Notes under the pieces: model-generated
What the model was told of the DNA's origin: nothing
Databases searched by the model: none
What the model saw: only the letters and a program-made list of their open reading frames with translations
Source: Patescibacteria group bacterium
Lineage (GTDB): Bacteria; Patescibacteriota; UBA1384; XYA2-FULL-43-10; 1-14-0-10-43-13
Direction of reading: 5' to 3'
Length of the DNA stretch: 64,000 nucleotides
Assembly (NCBI GenBank): GCA_041649155.1
Contig: JBAZNP010000001.1
Span: forward strand, 238,564-302,563
Shown here: positions 60,152 to 64,000 of the stretch, piece by piece
Numbering within the stretch: the stretch's first letter is position 1
Layout of the letters: the number at the start of each line of letters is the position of its first letter
Program-made: the position numbers and the translations under genes

Positions 60152-61687
60152 ATGAACAAGCTATTCACCTTTTTTAGAAATAGGCCTTATATTTATTGGA
60201 TCTTTATGGTCTTCATTTTTTTAATATTATTTTTTATTCAATATTATGCCCCGATAAGGGGTCGCTATGTAGTACCGCCCGGTGATGATCCATATAGCCA
60301 CTACTTATTCTTAAAGCCAATTTTAGATGGTCAGAGCAACTTTATAGACGCATTGAAGTTGGGAGCGTATCCACCTGGGTTTCATTTTATTATTGCTAAG
60401 ATTGCTGAGTCTACCCATACAGATCCCTTAAGAATTATGGTTCTAATTTATCCATTAATTTTTTTATTAATTTCGCTGGTTGTGTTTATTTTCTCCTATC
60501 TAATTTTTGGTCGAAAAGTTGCTCTAATAGCATTCTTGCTTTATGGTTTTACTCAAAATGCTCACTTGCAGCTTCAAAATGATGGTGGCTATCCAAATTT
60601 AATAGCAGCAGGAATCTTTCTGCCACTATTAATATTATCTGTGATTTATTTTTTCAAAAAAGACGGATTATTACACAAATTACTTTTTTTAATATTAAGC
60701 CTCATATTAGCAGCAGGAATCTTTGTAACCCATCACCTCTCTGCTATATATCTGCTTGGCCTTTTCTTAACTTCTTTCCCTGTTTTGATAATTTATTTAT
60801 GGATATCGAACAGATGGAGTTATGTGAAAGGATTAGTTTATTTTTTGCTTTATGCTGGCATATTATGCTTGACATTTTATATGTATCAATACAGCGAGAT
60901 GTTTGCTTCTGAAAGAAACCTGTCAAATATGATGGTTCAATTATTAAATAATTACCCATTTCTCAGAGTGATTCCAAGAGAAGAATCATCTGTTCTGCCT
61001 CTGTATCTTTATGATGATAATCTAGTAAAAATAATATTTATTATTGGCTTAATGGGCATACCATATGCTTTTTATTGTTTCAAAGAAAATCATAAGAAAC
61101 TTTATTTTCCGTTATTATTACTTACAACTTGGGCAATAATGCTTTTTATTGTCTCTAGAATGTCTTTTTTATCAGATCCAGGAAGAGCCATGAGAGACCT
61201 GACAATACCGCTAGTAATTTTTAGTGCAATATTTTTATCTGATATTTTAAACCGATTCAAAGATAAAGTATTTGCTGTCGCCATATTATTCGTATGCGCT
61301 TATTTTTGGCTCTGGGGAAGTGTCTTCCAGAGATTTATTTCAGCAAGATCATTTGAACCAATGGTAAGAATCACTGATGCTGATATCGATGCAATCAAGA
61401 CAATAAAAAATACTCCTGGAAAAAATAAAAGAATCCTAACCAATGTATCACATCCTTGGCTCAATTATTATTTATCTGATTATAATATTAATTATACTCA
61501 AGATTATATTAGAGATATAGACTTAATAAGCTATGATTTTGTATATCAAATTGATAATCAAATGGGATGGTCTTCAACGCCCATTAACTATAAATTTACA
61601 AAAAATATTTCTAATGGAGAACTAAAAATACTGGGTCAATACAGTACTCCAACTAATAATATTAATGTCTACGAAGTAATTAAATAA
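60152..61687 (+). CDS. Multi-TM GT-C-like membrane protein
   Basis: GDDPYSH, YPPGFH, THHLS motifs with about 12 TM segments. Confidence 0.65.
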   Translation: MNKLFTFFRNRPYIYWIFMVFIFLILFFIQYYAPIRGRYVVPPGDDPYSHYLFLKPILDGQSNFIDALKLGAYPPGFHFIIAKIAESTHTDPLRIMVLIYPLIFLLISLVVFIFSYLIFGRKVALIAFLLYGFTQNAHLQLQNDGGYPNLIAAGIFLPLLILSVIYFFKKDGLLHKLLFLILSLILAAGIFVTHHLSAIYLLGLFLTSFPVLIIYLWISNRWSYVKGLVYFLLYAGILCLTFYMYQYSEMFASERNLSNMMVQLLNNYPFLRVIPREESSVLPLYLYDDNLVKIIFIIGLMGIPYAFYCFKENHKKLYFPLLLLTTWAIMLFIVSRMSFLSDPGRAMRDLTIPLVIFSAIFLSDILNRFKDKVFAVAILFVCAYFWLWGSVFQRFISARSFEPMVRITDADIDAIKTIKNTPGKNKRILTNVSHPWLNYYLSDYNINYTQDYIRDIDLISYDFVYQIDNQMGWSSTPINYKFTKNISNGELKILGQYSTPTNNINVYEVIK

Positions 61688-63007
61688 TTAGTATCTATAG
61701 TGCTCTGGCTTGTATGGGCCATCAACGGGAATGCCGAGATATTCTGACTGCTTCGAAGTTAGTTTTGATAAATGAACTCCAAGTTTGTCCAAATGAAGTC
61801 TGGCTACTTCCTCGTCCAGTTTTTTAGGAAGTGTATAAACTTTGCCCTTCTCGTATTTTTCTTTTTCAGTGAACAAGCTTATTTGAGCCAAACATTGATT
61901 GGTAAAAGATGAGCTCATAACAAAACTTGGATGACCGTGGGCATTGCCAAGGTTAACTAATCGGCCACGGGAAAGGAGGATTAAACATTTGCTATTATTC
62001 CAGATAAATTTATCAACCTGAGGCTGAATGTTTTCTTCTTTAATATTTTTGTTTTCTTCCAACCACTTAACATCTATTTCACTATCAAAGTGACCAATGT
62101 TACAAACAATTGCTGCATCCTTCATTGCTTCCATGTGCTCGCCTCTTATTACATCGCAGCATCCGGTCGTCGTAACGAAAATGTCACCAACTTTTGCTGC
62201 CTCCTCCATTGTAACCACTTCGTAACCTTCCATGGCGGCCTGCAAAGCATTTATGGGGTCGATTTCAGTAACTAGCACTCTTGCCCCAAAACCGTCCATG
62301 CTTTGAGCACAACCCTTACCAACATCGCCATATCCAGCAATAACAACTACCTTGCCAGCAATCATAATATCTGTTGCTCGTTTTATTCCGTCAGCCAAAC
62401 TTTCGCGGCAACCATATTTATTATCAAACTTTGATTTAGTAACTGAGTCATTCACATTGATGGCAGGAAATTTTAATGTGCCCTTTTCCATCATTTGATA
62501 AAGTCGATGAACACCTGTTGTTGTTTCTTCTGAGACGCCAATAATATCTTTTACTAATTCTGGATGTTTATCATTAACTAGTAAAGTTAGATCGCCGCCA
62601 TCATCAAGAAGAAGATTGGGGCCTTTACTATTTTTTTCAAATTTGAGTGATTCTTCTACGCACCACCAATATTCTTCCTCAGTCTCGCCTTTCCAAGCAA
62701 AAACAGGAATACCGGCTTTAGCGATTGCAGCTGCCGCGTGATCTTGGGTTGAAAAAATATTACAACTCGACCACCTGACTTCTGCACCAAGTTCAATCAA
62801 AGTCTCAATTAAGACGGCTGTCTGAATTGTCATATGAAGACAGCCGGCAATTCTGGCGCCCTTCAATGGCTTCTTATCACCATACCGTTCTCGTAATGCC
62901 ATCAGTCCCGGCATCTCTTTTTCAGCCAAGATGATTTCTTTTCGACCCCATTCTGCGAGAGAAATATCTTTTACTTTAAAATTTTCTAATTTGTTCGAAG
63001 ATGCCAT
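61688..63007 (-). CDS. ahcY: Adenosylhomocysteinase
   Basis: [53 protein letters not shown]. Confidence 0.97.
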   Translation of the reverse strand: MASSNKLENFKVKDISLAEWGRKEIILAEKEMPGLMALRERYGDKKPLKGARIAGCLHMTIQTAVLIETLIELGAEVRWSSCNIFSTQDHAAAAIAKAGIPVFAWKGETEEEYWWCVEESLKFEKNSKGPNLLLDDGGDLTLLVNDKHPELVKDIIGVSEETTTGVHRLYQMMEKGTLKFPAINVNDSVTKSKFDNKYGCRESLADGIKRATDIMIAGKVVVIAGYGDVGKGCAQSMDGFGARVLVTEIDPINALQAAMEGYEVVTMEEAAKVGDIFVTTTGCCDVIRGEHMEAMKDAAIVCNIGHFDSEIDVKWLEENKNIKEENIQPQVDKFIWNNSKCLILLSRGRLVNLGNAHGHPSFVMSSSFTNQCLAQISLFTEKEKYEKGKVYTLPKKLDEEVARLHLDKLGVHLSKLTSKQSEYLGIPVDGPYKPEHYRY

Positions 63008-63872
63008 AGCGTTCCTCTATTTCTTTGTTACTAATATTTTTTAAATAATTTAAGCTAAAATCTTCAGCACAGAATGAAGCTATTGTGCTGCCATAGATTA
63101 TTGCTTTTCTAATATTTGTTTCCGAGATATCACCTGTTTGCGATAAATACCCGACTAGCCCTCCAGCAAAGCTATCACCTGCCCCAGTTGGATCCTTAAC
63201 TTCTTCCAAAGGATAACCAGGCGCAGAAAAATACTTATCATCCGAAAAAAGCAGCGCCCCATGTTCACCTTTTTTAATCACGATATATTTTGCACCCATT
63301 TTTAAGGCTTGTCTTCCTGCTTTTATCAAATTTGGAGTATTAAAAAGCTGTCTTGCTTCTCCTTCATTTAAAACGAATAAATCAGTTTTCTTTATTACTT
63401 CCAGAAGTGAGTTTTTTTTACTCTCAATCCAGTAGTTCATCGTATCAGTTACAACAAATGGCTTATTATTCATCTGTGATAATACTTCGAGTTGAAGATC
63501 TGGATCAATATTTGCAAGAAATAAAAACTTGGCTTCTTTATAGTTATCGGGGATACTTGGCTTAAAATCAGCAAGCGAATTTAATTCTGTTTTGAGCGTT
63601 TTTGCTTCATTCATGTCAAATTCATAAAAACCAGACCAATGAAAAGTCTTGCCTGTTTTTTTGACCCCTGTAATATCTATCTTTCTTTTTCCAAGAAGAT
63701 TTATATACTCTTTTGGGATATCGTCTCCCATTACAGAAATTAAACCCGGATTTGTGAAAAATGATGCGGCAATGCTAGAGTAAACGCCGCTCCCGCCAAG
63801 GGCCGATACAACCTTTCCAAAAGGTGTCTCAACATCGTCTAAACCAATTGTTCCGATAATAACTAAATTCAT
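62976..63872 (-). CDS. PfkB-family kinase (nucleoside/adenosine kinase-like)
   Basis: [28 protein letters not shown]; start refined to MNLVIIG. Confidence 0.9.
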   Translation of the reverse strand: MNLVIIGTIGLDDVETPFGKVVSALGGSGVYSSIAASFFTNPGLISVMGDDIPKEYINLLGKRKIDITGVKKTGKTFHWSGFYEFDMNEAKTLKTELNSLADFKPSIPDNYKEAKFLFLANIDPDLQLEVLSQMNNKPFVVTDTMNYWIESKKNSLLEVIKKTDLFVLNEGEARQLFNTPNLIKAGRQALKMGAKYIVIKKGEHGALLFSDDKYFSAPGYPLEEVKDPTGAGDSFAGGLVGYLSQTGDISETNIRKAIIYGSTIASFCAEDFSLNYLKNISNKEIEERYGIFEQIRKF

Positions 63873-64000
63873 TTTTTTATTATTTAATCTTTTTAACTTG
63901 TTCCCATGGCAGGTCGAGTTCCGGTCGACCGAAATGGCCATATGCAGCGCATTGACGGTAGATGGGCCTTCTGAGTCTTAGGTTCTTAATAATCATACCT

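Overview
AT-rich bacterial chromosome segment read with the standard genetic code 11. The gene content (split polA, DUF2207, VanW and ChW surface proteins, tandem O-antigen-ligase-like genes, PFL, H+-PPase, many palindromic and heptamer repeats) suggests a Patescibacteria/CPR genome; this taxonomy is an inference. Housekeeping genes include lepB, holA, polA in two genes, pyrE/pyrF/pyrG, ychF, pflBA, rpsF-ssb-rpsR-efp, groESL, hppA, a glycosylation cluster and pfkB-ahcY. The main discovery is an ~11.4 kb element (15070-26491) integrated by a large serine recombinase into codon 6 of ychF. Both junctions can be read from the sequence. The crossover lies inside the integrase gene, so the excised circle would encode an integrase with a different 45-aa C-terminus. 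The same DNA arm also encodes a replacement ychF N-terminus in another frame. The cargo is a methyltransferase, a B12-radical SAM enzyme, a NitT/TauT ABC system and a DUF4238 gene. Several families of palindromic micro-repeats have also entered core proteins in frame. No tRNA, rRNA or CRISPR array was found.
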